Shown: positions 47,881 to 57,362, counted from the stretch's first letter. The stretch: 64,000 nt of DNA from Candidatus Magasanikiibacteriota bacterium (GCA_041674805.1 JBAYVA010000004.1:30069-94068), one strand, 5' to 3'. The notes: a model not told the origin generated them from the letters alone. Made by a program: numbers and translations.

Positions 47881-48621
47881 ATGAAAATCTCCCTCATCAC
47901 AATTTCCTACAATAGTGCCAAAACGATTGAAAAAACTATTCAATCTGTTTTGTCGCAGACTTATACAGATATTGAATATATTATTATTGATGGAGCTTCG
48001 ACAGATGGAACTTTGAAAATATTTAATAAATATAAAGATAAAATTAGTAAAATAATTTCTGAAAAAGATAAAGGTATTTATGATGCCATGAACAAAGGTA
48101 TCTCTTTGGCTACTGGAGATGTTGTTGGAATTATTAATTCTGATGATTTTTATATTGATGAATTTTCTATAGCCAAAGTTATGGATTGTTTTGAAAATAA
48201 TAAAGTGGATGCTTGTTATGCTAATTTGGAATATTTGAATAGAGAAAATATTGATAAAAAAGTAAGAAGTTGGAGAGCAGGTGAGTATGATCAAAAGAAA
48301 TTATCAAGTGGTTGGGCTCCTCCACATCCTACTTTTTTTGTTAAAAAAGAAATTTATGAAAAGTATGGTAAATTTAACTTGGATTTCAAAATAGCTGCAG
48401 ACTATGAGCTAATGTTGCGTTTTTTGATCAAAGGTATTAATATTGTTTATATTAATGAAAACTTGGTTTGTATGAGGGAAGGTGGTCATAGTGCTAAGAG
48501 TGTTGCTCAGAGAATTAAAGGTTGGCAGGAGATTAGAAAATCTTGGCAAGTGAATAATAGACAAGTTCCTAAATGTTTGATTTTTAGAAGAATTTTGTCA
48601 AAATTATCACAGTATATATAA
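47881..48621 (+). CDS. family 2 glycosyltransferase
   Basis: ISLITISYNSAKTI...YIIIDGAST...INSDD. Confidence 0.75.
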   Translation: MKISLITISYNSAKTIEKTIQSVLSQTYTDIEYIIIDGASTDGTLKIFNKYKDKISKIISEKDKGIYDAMNKGISLATGDVVGIINSDDFYIDEFSIAKVMDCFENNKVDACYANLEYLNRENIDKKVRSWRAGEYDQKKLSSGWAPPHPTFFVKKEIYEKYGKFNLDFKIAADYELMLRFLIKGINIVYINENLVCMREGGHSAKSVAQRIKGWQEIRKSWQVNNRQVPKCLIFRRILSKLSQYI

Positions 48622-48685
48622 CTTAGAAGTTTGTAAAGTTAATAAAGTAACTGTTTTTGATATTTCAACTTATTATACAGCTTTT

Positions 48686-48724
48686 CAGGCCTTTTTAGCC
48701 TTTCAAGCATTTTAAGCCTTTTTA
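48686..48724. repeat. phased (A)GCCTTTT-type 9-10-bp repeats upstream of ugd
   Basis: caggccttttt agcctttca agcatttta agccttttt; same family as 57495-57539, 60861-60953 and (reverse orientation) 57319-57362. Confidence 0.55.
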
Positions 48725-48725
48725 T

Positions 48726-50090
48726 ATGAAACTACTCTACATCGGCGCCGGTTTTGTCGGCACATGCTCAGCTGCCGTTTCCGCTTCTAGTGGACACGAA
48801 GTTTTGGTTTATGATATTGATGAAAAGAAAATAAATATGTTATCATCTGGCGACCGTGATCAAATTGAGGCTTGTCTTTTTGAAGAAGGCTTGAGTGATT
48901 TGCTTACACGCAATAAAGAAAGAATAGAATTTACTATTGATTATAATAAAGTCAGTGAATTTTTGGAAAATTGTGATGCTATTTTCATGTGTTTGCCAAC
49001 TCCAGAAATTGGTGAAACAGGGGAGAGTGATCTCAAATATTATAATTTGGCTGCAGAAAAATTGGCTGAAAATTTGCTTAAAAGAAATAATAGTGAGCAA
49101 AATAAATATGTAGTTATTATCAACAAAAGTACTGTACCAATCGACATGGTAGATAAGACTGCTGAAATTTTGGAAAGTAAGGGCGTCAAAAATTTTGGGG
49201 TAGTTTCTAATCCAGAATTTTTGGTGGAAGGCAAAGCTATTCAAGGTTCAATCAAACCAGACAGAATTGTTGTTGGTGCTTGGAACGAAAAAGATTTTGC
49301 GATTATGAAAAAAGTTTACGAACGTTTTTGCAATTCTCCACAAACTAAATATATTGAAGTCAATCCTAAGGAAGCTGCAGCTGCAAAATTATTGGCAAAT
49401 TATATGCTTTTCAACAAGTTGGCTGTTTGTTTCGATGTCGTCGGTCGTACTTGTGAAAGTTTTGAAGATTTGGGATTTGAAAATGTTCGCAATGCTTTGG
49501 TTACAGATCCACGTATTGGAAGTTGGGGATTGTATGACAGCCTTTATGCTGGAGGAAGTTGTTTTATCAAAGATGCGCGTTCATTATCTCATCAACTCAA
49601 ACAAAAAAATCAAAATACAGTTTTGGTAGACGAAGTTTATTTGTCCAACAAAAGACAGCTCAAAAATTTCTTGGAAAGAATAGAATCTGTAAGTGGATTT
49701 GAAAACAAAAAAATCAGTATTTTAGGAACTGCTTTCAAACGCGATACCAATGATATTCGTAATTCAGCTAGTATCGAAATAATGAATTATTTGCAAGACA
49801 AAAATTTTGCTGAAATAAATATTTACGATCCGGCTGCCATGGACAATTTCAAAAAAATGTTTCCTGAATCAGTAAATATCAAATATCACAGCCATGAGTT
49901 TGAAGCAATTAGAAATTCTGATATAATAATCATAGCGACAGACTGGCCACAATTTCGTGGTTTGGCAGATATAATTATGTCAGAGATGTCTAACAAAGTA
50001 ATTATTGCTGACGGTCGTCGTATGCTCGCACATCGTTATGAAGATTTGAAGAATTCTGGGTTTAAGGTTGTGGCGGTGGGAAGTAAATAA
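48726..50090 (+). CDS. ugd: UDP-glucose 6-dehydrogenase / nucleotide-sugar dehydrogenase
   Basis: N-terminal GAGFVGTCSAAV Rossmann motif, catalytic Cys region GGSCFIKD, and a UDPG_MGDP_dh C-domain. Confidence 0.8.
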   Translation: MKLLYIGAGFVGTCSAAVSASSGHEVLVYDIDEKKINMLSSGDRDQIEACLFEEGLSDLLTRNKERIEFTIDYNKVSEFLENCDAIFMCLPTPEIGETGESDLKYYNLAAEKLAENLLKRNNSEQNKYVVIINKSTVPIDMVDKTAEILESKGVKNFGVVSNPEFLVEGKAIQGSIKPDRIVVGAWNEKDFAIMKKVYERFCNSPQTKYIEVNPKEAAAAKLLANYMLFNKLAVCFDVVGRTCESFEDLGFENVRNALVTDPRIGSWGLYDSLYAGGSCFIKDARSLSHQLKQKNQNTVLVDEVYLSNKRQLKNFLERIESVSGFENKKISILGTAFKRDTNDIRNSASIEIMNYLQDKNFAEINIYDPAAMDNFKKMFPESVNIKYHSHEFEAIRNSDIIIIATDWPQFRGLADIIMSEMSNKVIIADGRRMLAHRYEDLKNSGFKVVAVGSK

Positions 50091-50092
50091 AA

Positions 50093-50133
50093 AGTTTACA
50101 AACTTTATGAACTTTATAACTTTACAAACTATA
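50093..50133. repeat. tandem ACTTTAT(A/G)AAC / TTTACAAAC motifs immediately upstream of galE
   Basis: agtttacaaactttatgaactttataactttacaaactat runs straight into the ATG. Confidence 0.55.
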
Positions 50134-51140
50134 TGAAATATTTAATCACCGGCGGTGCTGGCTACATTGGTAGTCATGTCGTCAAACAATTGATTGACAA
50201 AAAAAACGATATTGTAATTGTAGATAATTTGTCTACTGGTTTACAAAAAACTATCAATACTTTGAAAAAATACGCTGACACCAAAAAAGTAAAATTAAGT
50301 TTTTATAAACTTGATTTGGCTGATAGCAAAAAATTGGAAACTGTTTTTGCCAAAGAAAAAGTTGCAGGTGTAATACATTTTGCTGCGAGTATTGTCGTGC
50401 CAGAATCAGTGATTGACCCTTTGAAATATTATGCTAATAATACGAGTAATACAATTAATTTGATCAAAGCTTGTTTGAAATATAAAGTAAACAAATTTAT
50501 TTTTAGTTCTACTGCTGCTGTCTATGGCGAGCTTGATGCAAAATATATTCCAGCCAAAGAAGATGGACCTGTTTCTCCTATCAATCCTTATGGACAAAGC
50601 AAACTTTTCAATGAAAAGATTATTCAAGATGTAGCTTTTGCTAATTCAAAATTTAAATATGTTATCTTGCGTTATTTCAATGTAGCTGGCGCCTGTCTAG
50701 ATGGCAGTATCGGACAGTCAAGTGAGAAAGCTACTTTACTAGTAAAAGTTTGTGCTGAAGTGGCACTTGGTAAACGCAAAAAATTAACATTATTTGGTAC
50801 TGATTACAAAACACCAGATGGTACTGCTATTCGTGATTATATTCACGTGGATGATTTGGCTTCTGCTCATATCAAAGCTTTGTCTTATTTGAACAAAAAT
50901 AAAAGTGATATTTTCAATTGTGGTTATGGCAAAGGTTTTTCTGTGCAAGAGGTCATAGATATGATGAAAAAAGTCAGTGGAGTTGATTTCAAAGTAGAAA
51001 AAGCAGGAAGACGTCCGGGTGATCCTGCTGTTCTTATTTCTGATAATAGTAAGATAAAAAATAAGATGGACTGGCAACCTAAGTATGATGATTTAGAAAT
51101 TATTTGTCGCACAGCGCTTGAGTGGGAGAAGAAAATTTAG
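50133..51140 (+). CDS. galE: UDP-glucose 4-epimerase
   Basis: ITGGAGYIGSHV, the YGQSKLFNE (YxxxK) motif and GalE length. Confidence 0.85.
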   Translation: MKYLITGGAGYIGSHVVKQLIDKKNDIVIVDNLSTGLQKTINTLKKYADTKKVKLSFYKLDLADSKKLETVFAKEKVAGVIHFAASIVVPESVIDPLKYYANNTSNTINLIKACLKYKVNKFIFSSTAAVYGELDAKYIPAKEDGPVSPINPYGQSKLFNEKIIQDVAFANSKFKYVILRYFNVAGACLDGSIGQSSEKATLLVKVCAEVALGKRKKLTLFGTDYKTPDGTAIRDYIHVDDLASAHIKALSYLNKNKSDIFNCGYGKGFSVQEVIDMMKKVSGVDFKVEKAGRRPGDPAVLISDNSKIKNKMDWQPKYDDLEIICRTALEWEKKI

Positions 51141-51148
51141 TTATCAAA

Positions 51149-51178
51149 AGAGGTGTGTAAAAACACCTCTTTTTTTAT
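51149..51178 (+). terminator. rho-independent terminator after galE (end of glycan locus)
   Basis: Hairpin gaggtgt-gtaaaa-acacctc followed by TTTTTTT. Confidence 0.7.
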
Positions 51179-51226
51179 AAATAATAATTTGTTATAATGG
51201 AAATATAATTTATATAAATAAAATAT

Positions 51227-51844
51227 ATGGAGGAAAACAAAAAAAGATTTTTTAAATTAGACATATTTTTTTGGTTATTTTTGCTAGCTGTGGCTGGTTA
51301 TTTTTTTTTGAAGAGTGCACCGCAGGCGACAGCACCAGATGATGAAAGTATGGTGACAAGTACTAGTGAGGTGAGTGCTGATTTACCAGAGGGTGTGACA
51401 GTGGAAAATTTGGGAGATGGTAATAAGTTGGTTAAGAATGAAAAGAATGATTATACTTTAAAAGTTAATGATGATATTTATTTGTATAAAGATTTTGAAG
51501 GAGATTTGAGAGTGCAAAATTATGAACAACCAAAAGAAGCTTATGGTGGTTCCCCTGGTTGTAGTGTTTCTATAACTCTTTTTCCTATAAAAACACAAGA
51601 AGAACTTAGAATTGAAGAAGAAAATAATTGTAAAAATATAATAGGTTTTGATTGTAAATCAGTACATGTAGAACAATTAAAATATAATAATATTGATTGG
51701 ATTAAAATTTATTCCCATGGTACTTATGTAGGTACAGATAATCCTTTAATTGTTACTAATAGAGAAGATAGTATGATAGGTCTATATTTTTCTTGTTCTA
51801 ATAAAAATTTTGTAGATAATATATTAAATAATTTTTCATTTTAA
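51227..51844 (+). CDS. hypothetical secreted/membrane-anchored protein
   Basis: N-terminal hydrophobic segment FFWLFLLAVAGYFFL; no known domain. Confidence 0.5.
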   Translation: MEENKKRFFKLDIFFWLFLLAVAGYFFLKSAPQATAPDDESMVTSTSEVSADLPEGVTVENLGDGNKLVKNEKNDYTLKVNDDIYLYKDFEGDLRVQNYEQPKEAYGGSPGCSVSITLFPIKTQEELRIEEENNCKNIIGFDCKSVHVEQLKYNNIDWIKIYSHGTYVGTDNPLIVTNREDSMIGLYFSCSNKNFVDNILNNFSF

Positions 51845-51854
51845 ATACAAAAAT

Positions 51855-54800
51855 ATGGAGGGGAAAAAGAAAAGTCTATTTTTTTTGTCAATAATAATAT
51901 TTTCTTTTTTATTTTTTAATTTAGTTAGTGCAGAAAATATTTTGAATGTGCCATTTATTTCACAGTACCCGCCAGGTACAAGTTGGAATTTTACTTTGAA
52001 TTGTGGTCCGACATCTTATTTAATGTTAGAATCATACTATACTAATAAAAAATTAGAAATACAATCTATAAAAGATATAGATGATTGGTTATATACAAAT
52101 TATAATAGACCAATTAATAATTACAATGGTTATTATACAGATACTGCTGATTTAAAAATATTAGCAACTGAATATGGTGATTTTACAGATGAAGATGTTA
52201 TAAAAACACGTTCGCTTGATGATATTAAGGAAGCTGTAAATAATAATTTTCCAGTTATTGTTGCAGTATATACAAATATGATGGCCTATAAAAATAGGAG
52301 TAATGGTCACTTCATGGTCCTCACTGGTATTACAGACGATACTGTTTATGTAAACGATCCTGGAAAAACTTATGGCAAGAACATGAGTTATAGTTTGGAA
52401 CAATTTCTTTATGCTTGGTCGCTGCAAAATAATGCGGCTCTTATTTTTTATCCACCAAATTCTGCTAATACAAAAAAATTAGATCAATTAGCACCTTATC
52501 TTTTGTTAAATAATAATTATAGTTATAATTCAGTTTTTAGTGAGATTTTTTCTAATTATACTAATATTTTTGATTTGAATAATTTAAAAGATCTAGAAGT
52601 AAAAGATAAAAAATTAGAAGAAAAACCATTGGAAGAAGATGTTAAGGTTTTTTATAATTCTGTTATAGAAGACAAAAATCTTAATTTACAGGCAAATGCA
52701 AATGAAGAATTGAATATTAAGTTGAAAGTAAAAAATACTTCTAATGTTTCTTGGGAAAGAAAAAATTTTTCTGTAAATGTTGTGGGAGGTGAAGTTCAAA
52801 ACAAAATTTTTTATCATAATTCTTGGATTACAAAATTACGACCAGCTTTGCAAAAAGAAAATATAGTTGAGTCAAATAATTTAGCTACTTTTGATTTTGT
52901 TATTCAAGCTCCTGACAAACCTGGTGATTATGTTTTTAAGTTGACGGTTGTTAGGCAATCTGGTAATAGTTTTAGTAATGTTGGTACAGATGTTTTTGTA
53001 TTGAATTTAGAAGTTTTAGAAGAAAAAAAAGTTGATGAAAAAATTGAAGCAGAACCTGAAAAAATAGTGATAGAAGAAAAAAAAGAAGAAATTGTTACCA
53101 AAGAAGAAGTTATTAAAAAAGAAGAGATAATTCAAAATAATTTTATTTCAAGTCCAAGCTATTCCTCTGGTTCTTCTTCTGGCTCTTCTTCAAATGGTTC
53201 AAATCAAAACAATGATGATGTTGTAAAATCATTTTTCTTTAATTTTGCTAGTTCTACACCAGTTATTACTAATCAATCAAAAGTTGTTTTTAATGGTGAA
53301 AAAACAAAAGAACTAACCAGATTAAAAATAAATAATTTGGATAGTTTGTTTTTTGATCAAGGTAATATTTGGTCTGTAGATTTTTCGTTACAAGAAGGAG
53401 ATAATAATATTTTGATGTCTTTTTTTGATGATACTTATGAAAATAGTGTAAGCGGCACTACGTATATTGCTCTTGATAGTACAGCCCCTGACAAACCTAT
53501 TTTGCAAGCTGTGGTAGTAGGTGATAATCAAAAACAAATCAATTTAACTTGGCAAAGTAATGATGTCGGTAGTGGAATTGATTATTATGTTTTGGAGTTC
53601 AAACAAAATAGTGTAGATGATTGGCAGTCTTTGGTGAGTAGTACTTTTGAAAATAGTTTTGTTTTTCCAGCAGAAATAGCGAAAGAATATTCTTTTAGAG
53701 TAAAAGCTTATGATAAATTAGGAAATGAGTCTTTGTGGAGTAATGATGGACAAGAAGAAATTATTTCTGTAGATTGGTCAAAAGAAGTAGTGATAAATGA
53801 GATAGCTTATGCTCCCACATATTCAAACAATTGTGGTGGTGAATGGATAGAATTGTATAATCCAGGATCAACAGATATTGATTTGTCTGGTTGGAAGTTG
53901 GAAATTTTGGATAGTAGTTCTTCTAGTACTGTAGATCTTACGGGTTTTGTGAGTAGTACTTCTTACAAAGTTATTCCAATTTCTAATATGTCAGATATTG
54001 GAGCCAAAATTACCTTAAAAAATTCTTTAGGTAATATTGTAGATGAGACTGATCAAAGTTTGGGTTGGTTTCCTACGTTGAATACTAATCATTCTCGTTC
54101 TTTGGAAAGAATTAATTTTGAAAGATCAGGTAATTTTCATAGTAATTGGCGAGAAAATAATTCACTTAAATTTTCTTTTTCAAATAGTAGTTGTGGTGAA
54201 AATTATTCTAGTCAAGGTTTTGATAATAATAGTTTTTATTTTTTATCAAAAAATTTAGATAGAGATTATGTTTTTTCAAATTCTTCTACTGATAATTTTG
54301 TTTTGACTTTGACCAAAGATCATAATCCTTATATTTTGTCGCAAGAAGTAGTATTACCATCTAATTACACTCTTATTTTAGAACCGGGTGTCGTCGTCGT
54401 TGGTATTGATAAAGATTCTGTTTTGAAAGTAAGTGGCAAATTGCAAATAAATGGTACAGAAGATGATCCTGTTTATTTTACTTCAGCACGTGATAAAACA
54501 GTGGCTGATTGGTATGCTTTGGGTAATCCAAGCAATAAATTAGCTGCCGGTGATCCTGCTCCTGGTGATTGGAGTGCCATTGTGGTAAAAGGTGGTGTTG
54601 TTGAAGCAAATTATGCCAATTTTTGGTATGGAGGAAGTACTTATAGAGATGGTAGTTGTTATGTGTGTTATAGTCAAGTTGTGATTCGTAATGAATCTGG
54701 AACTGTAAAAGTAACTAATTCAAATTTTGATAACATTTTTTTGAAAGATGATTATTCCGATCATCAAGATGCTTATATTTGGGATGGTGGAGGTAATATT

Positions 54801-55694
54801 GAAGTGGATAATACTATTTTTAATAATGGTTATTATTCTTTAGTTAGTTCCTATGGTTCTAATATAAATTTTACCAATAATGTAATTAGCAATTTTACAT
54901 TTCAGCCAGTTTCACCGGTAGTTTTGACTAGTAATGGTACTAATATTGTAAAGTGGTCAAATAATAGTTTGATAGATAATAATAACAATTTTGTGACATT
55001 ACCAGCTTTGGAGGTAAATGAAGATTATACTTTGACTACAGATGTAAATAATGTATATTTTATGGGAATAAATGTGACTTCTACAGCGACTTTAAATGTT
55101 TTACCTGGTGTTCATATAAATTTATTTGATAAACGTTTTTTGAAAGTAGAAGGAAATTTGCAAGCTTTGGGTACATCTGAAAATCCAATAGAGGTTTGTC
55201 CTTATGCTGTTTGTGGTGGTATTTGGTTACAAGATTCTCAAGGTAGTAAATTGTCTTTTGTTAATTTGAAAAATGGTGGTTATCATGATAATAGAGAGTA
55301 TCCTTATGATTATCTTTCAAAATATTATTCACCTTTTTGGTTAGTGAATTCAAAAGTAGAAATGGATAATGTAAATATTTTTGATAGCCGTTTTCCAAAT
55401 GCTTATAGTATTTGTAGTTTGAATAGTGATTTGCAAATCAAAGATTCTAATTTAGGTTGGACTGTAAAAAGAGATTATACTATTATTGGTGGAATTTATT
55501 TTTATGGTGGAAATTTATTTTTAGATAATACAAATTTTCATTTTAATAAATATGCTATTGATGCAAGTAAAGGAGATGGTGTTGTAACTTATGAAAATAT
55601 GAGTCCTGCTAATTTTATCAATAGTTTGCCGGCTAATGGATTCAAAAATTGGTTACCAGCAAGTTTGTTTCCTTTTGTTATTGAATATTGGTAG
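51855..55694 (+). CDS. large surface protein: C39-like peptidase domain + lamin-tail domain + right-handed beta-helix repeats
   Basis: Signal/TM helix; NVPFISQYPPGTSWNFTLNCGPTSYLM resembles the C39-like papain-fold domain; INEIAYAPTYSNNCGGEWIELYNPGSTDIDLSGWKL is an LTD signature; the C-terminal N/G/S-rich repeats are typical of pectate-lyase-like beta-helix. Confidence 0.6.
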   Translation: MEGKKKSLFFLSIIIFSFLFFNLVSAENILNVPFISQYPPGTSWNFTLNCGPTSYLMLESYYTNKKLEIQSIKDIDDWLYTNYNRPINNYNGYYTDTADLKILATEYGDFTDEDVIKTRSLDDIKEAVNNNFPVIVAVYTNMMAYKNRSNGHFMVLTGITDDTVYVNDPGKTYGKNMSYSLEQFLYAWSLQNNAALIFYPPNSANTKKLDQLAPYLLLNNNYSYNSVFSEIFSNYTNIFDLNNLKDLEVKDKKLEEKPLEEDVKVFYNSVIEDKNLNLQANANEELNIKLKVKNTSNVSWERKNFSVNVVGGEVQNKIFYHNSWITKLRPALQKENIVESNNLATFDFVIQAPDKPGDYVFKLTVVRQSGNSFSNVGTDVFVLNLEVLEEKKVDEKIEAEPEKIVIEEKKEEIVTKEEVIKKEEIIQNNFISSPSYSSGSSSGSSSNGSNQNNDDVVKSFFFNFASSTPVITNQSKVVFNGEKTKELTRLKINNLDSLFFDQGNIWSVDFSLQEGDNNILMSFFDDTYENSVSGTTYIALDSTAPDKPILQAVVVGDNQKQINLTWQSNDVGSGIDYYVLEFKQNSVDDWQSLVSSTFENSFVFPAEIAKEYSFRVKAYDKLGNESLWSNDGQEEIISVDWSKEVVINEIAYAPTYSNNCGGEWIELYNPGSTDIDLSGWKLEILDSSSSSTVDLTGFVSSTSYKVIPISNMSDIGAKITLKNSLGNIVDETDQSLGWFPTLNTNHSRSLERINFERSGNFHSNWRENNSLKFSFSNSSCGENYSSQGFDNNSFYFLSKNLDRDYVFSNSSTDNFVLTLTKDHNPYILSQEVVLPSNYTLILEPGVVVVGIDKDSVLKVSGKLQINGTEDDPVYFTSARDKTVADWYALGNPSNKLAAGDPAPGDWSAIVVKGGVVEANYANFWYGGSTYRDGSCYVCYSQVVIRNESGTVKVTNSNFDNIFLKDDYSDHQDAYIWDGGGNIEVDNTIFNNGYYSLVSSYGSNINFTNNVISNFTFQPVSPVVLTSNGTNIVKWSNNSLIDNNNNFVTLPALEVNEDYTLTTDVNNVYFMGINVTSTATLNVLPGVHINLFDKRFLKVEGNLQALGTSENPIEVCPYAVCGGIWLQDSQGSKLSFVNLKNGGYHDNREYPYDYLSKYYSPFWLVNSKVEMDNVNIFDSRFPNAYSICSLNSDLQIKDSNLGWTVKRDYTIIGGIYFYGGNLFLDNTNFHFNKYAIDASKGDGVVTYENMSPANFINSLPANGFKNWLPASLFPFVIEYW

Positions 55695-55825
55695 ATATAT
55701 TAGTGAAATTTTTATGTATATTTAAGCTCCAAAATTCAGCTTGAAGCGATTTTGTTTTTAGAGTATAATTACTATCGTAAAATTTAAGATCATAAATCCT
55801 AAATTAAAAATCAGATTTTTGATTA

Positions 55826-55875
55826 AACCTATTTTTACCTAGTACCTAACACCTAATATCTAAAACCTAAAAAAA
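55826..55875. repeat. ACCTAA-type roughly 7-bp tandem repeats immediately upstream of pyk
   Basis: aaacctatttttacctagtacctaacacctaatatctaaaacctaaaaaaat runs into the ATG. Confidence 0.45.
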
Positions 55876-55876
55876 T

Positions 55877-57313
55877 ATGGAAAAACAAACCAAAATTGTC
55901 TGTACTATTGGACCTTCTTGTGAAGATGTAGAAACTCTTGAAAAGATGGTAAGGGCGGGGATGAATGTAGCTAGACTCAATTTTTCACACGGCACTTATG
56001 AAAATCATGCAATGCTTATAAAAAATATTCGTGAAGTAGCTGAGAAGACTGGTGAACCTGTTGCGATTTTGCAAGATTTGTCAGGACCAAAAATTAGAAT
56101 AGAAAAAGTTGCCGAAGAAGGTGTGAATTTGGTAGAAGGGGCTGAAGTAATTTTTTCTACAGATCCTTCTGACAAAGATGCTATTCAAGTTGGTTACAAA
56201 GAGTTGCATAAGTTTATCAAAAAAGGTGAAGCCATGTTTCTCGATGATGGTAAAATAGAAGTCGTAGTAAAAGAAGTTCAAGACAAAAAAATTATTACAA
56301 AAGTTGTCGTTGCTGGAGTTTTGTTTTCCAACAAAGGTATCAATATTCCTAAGACTGATTTGACAGGATTAGAAGTTTTGACAGAAAAAGATAAAGCTGA
56401 TGCAAAATTTGGTGTAGAACAAGGAGTAGATATGATTGCTTTGTCTTTTGTAATGCGTCCAGATGATATTCTTGATTTACGTTATCATATCAAACAGATG
56501 GAATTAGAATTGGGTATAGAGCCTCATGATCCTATAAAGATTATCGCCAAAATAGAAAAAGCTGAAGCTGTAAAACATATCAAAGATATTATTCAAGTGA
56601 CTGATGGTATCATGGTAGCTCGTGGAGATTTGGGAGTTGAAATTCCTGCGGAAGAAGTGCCAATTGTGCAGAAAAAATTGATAGATATTGCTCTTGAAAA
56701 TGCCAAACCGGTGATTGTTGCTACTCAAATGCTTGATTCGATGCAAAATAATCCTCGTCCTACTCGTGCGGAAGTTTCTGATGTTGCCAATGCTGTGATT
56801 GATCACACAGACGCTGTAATGCTTTCTAATGAAACTGCAACTGGAAAATATCCAGTTGAAACTGTTTCGATGATGAGTAAAATTATCAAAGAAACAGAAA
56901 AATCAGAATATACCAAATTGTTTATTCGTGAACCAAAAGAAAAGACAAACAAAATAGACGACGTTATAAGTGGATTGTCCCGTCTTGTTGCTGAAGATGT
57001 GGGGGCTGATCTTATTTTGGCAGCTTCTTTATCTGGAGAAACTGGTCGTTTGATTTCTCGTTATCGTCCAAAATTTCCGATTGCAGTAGCAACCAATAGT
57101 AAGTTGGTTTCACATCAATTGAATTTATCTTGGGGTGTCTTGCCTTTTGAAGTGATTGAATGTAAAAGTATTGAAGAATTAGTTGAGCGTTCTATGACTC
57201 ATTTACGTGAGAAAAAAATAATCAAATCAGGTGATAGAATTATTGTGGTAGCTGGTGAACCTGTTGGTCATGCTGGTTTTGTTAATTTGCTTGAAGTGAG
57301 GGAAGTGAAGTAA
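55877..57313 (+). CDS. pyk: pyruvate kinase
   Basis: KIVCTIGPS, ARLNFSHG, MVARGDLGVEIP motifs. Confidence 0.9.
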   Translation: MEKQTKIVCTIGPSCEDVETLEKMVRAGMNVARLNFSHGTYENHAMLIKNIREVAEKTGEPVAILQDLSGPKIRIEKVAEEGVNLVEGAEVIFSTDPSDKDAIQVGYKELHKFIKKGEAMFLDDGKIEVVVKEVQDKKIITKVVVAGVLFSNKGINIPKTDLTGLEVLTEKDKADAKFGVEQGVDMIALSFVMRPDDILDLRYHIKQMELELGIEPHDPIKIIAKIEKAEAVKHIKDIIQVTDGIMVARGDLGVEIPAEEVPIVQKKLIDIALENAKPVIVATQMLDSMQNNPRPTRAEVSDVANAVIDHTDAVMLSNETATGKYPVETVSMMSKIIKETEKSEYTKLFIREPKEKTNKIDDVISGLSRLVAEDVGADLILAASLSGETGRLISRYRPKFPIAVATNSKLVSHQLNLSWGVLPFEVIECKSIEELVERSMTHLREKKIIKSGDRIIVVAGEPVGHAGFVNLLEVREVK

Positions 57314-57318
57314 AGTAA

Positions 57319-57362
57319 AGGCATAAAATGCCCGAAAGGCAAGAAAGGCTAGTAACCTACAT
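57319..57362. repeat. AAAGGC-type phased repeats after pyk (reverse orientation of the GCCTTT family)
   Basis: aaaggcataaaatgcccgaaaggcaagaaaggctag. Confidence 0.45.

Noticed and set aside
55722-55768. Possible terminator after the surface-protein gene (caaaat...attttg with inner gctt/aagc stem)
   Set aside because: The stem is weak and interrupted and the T-tract is short; not confident enough to list.
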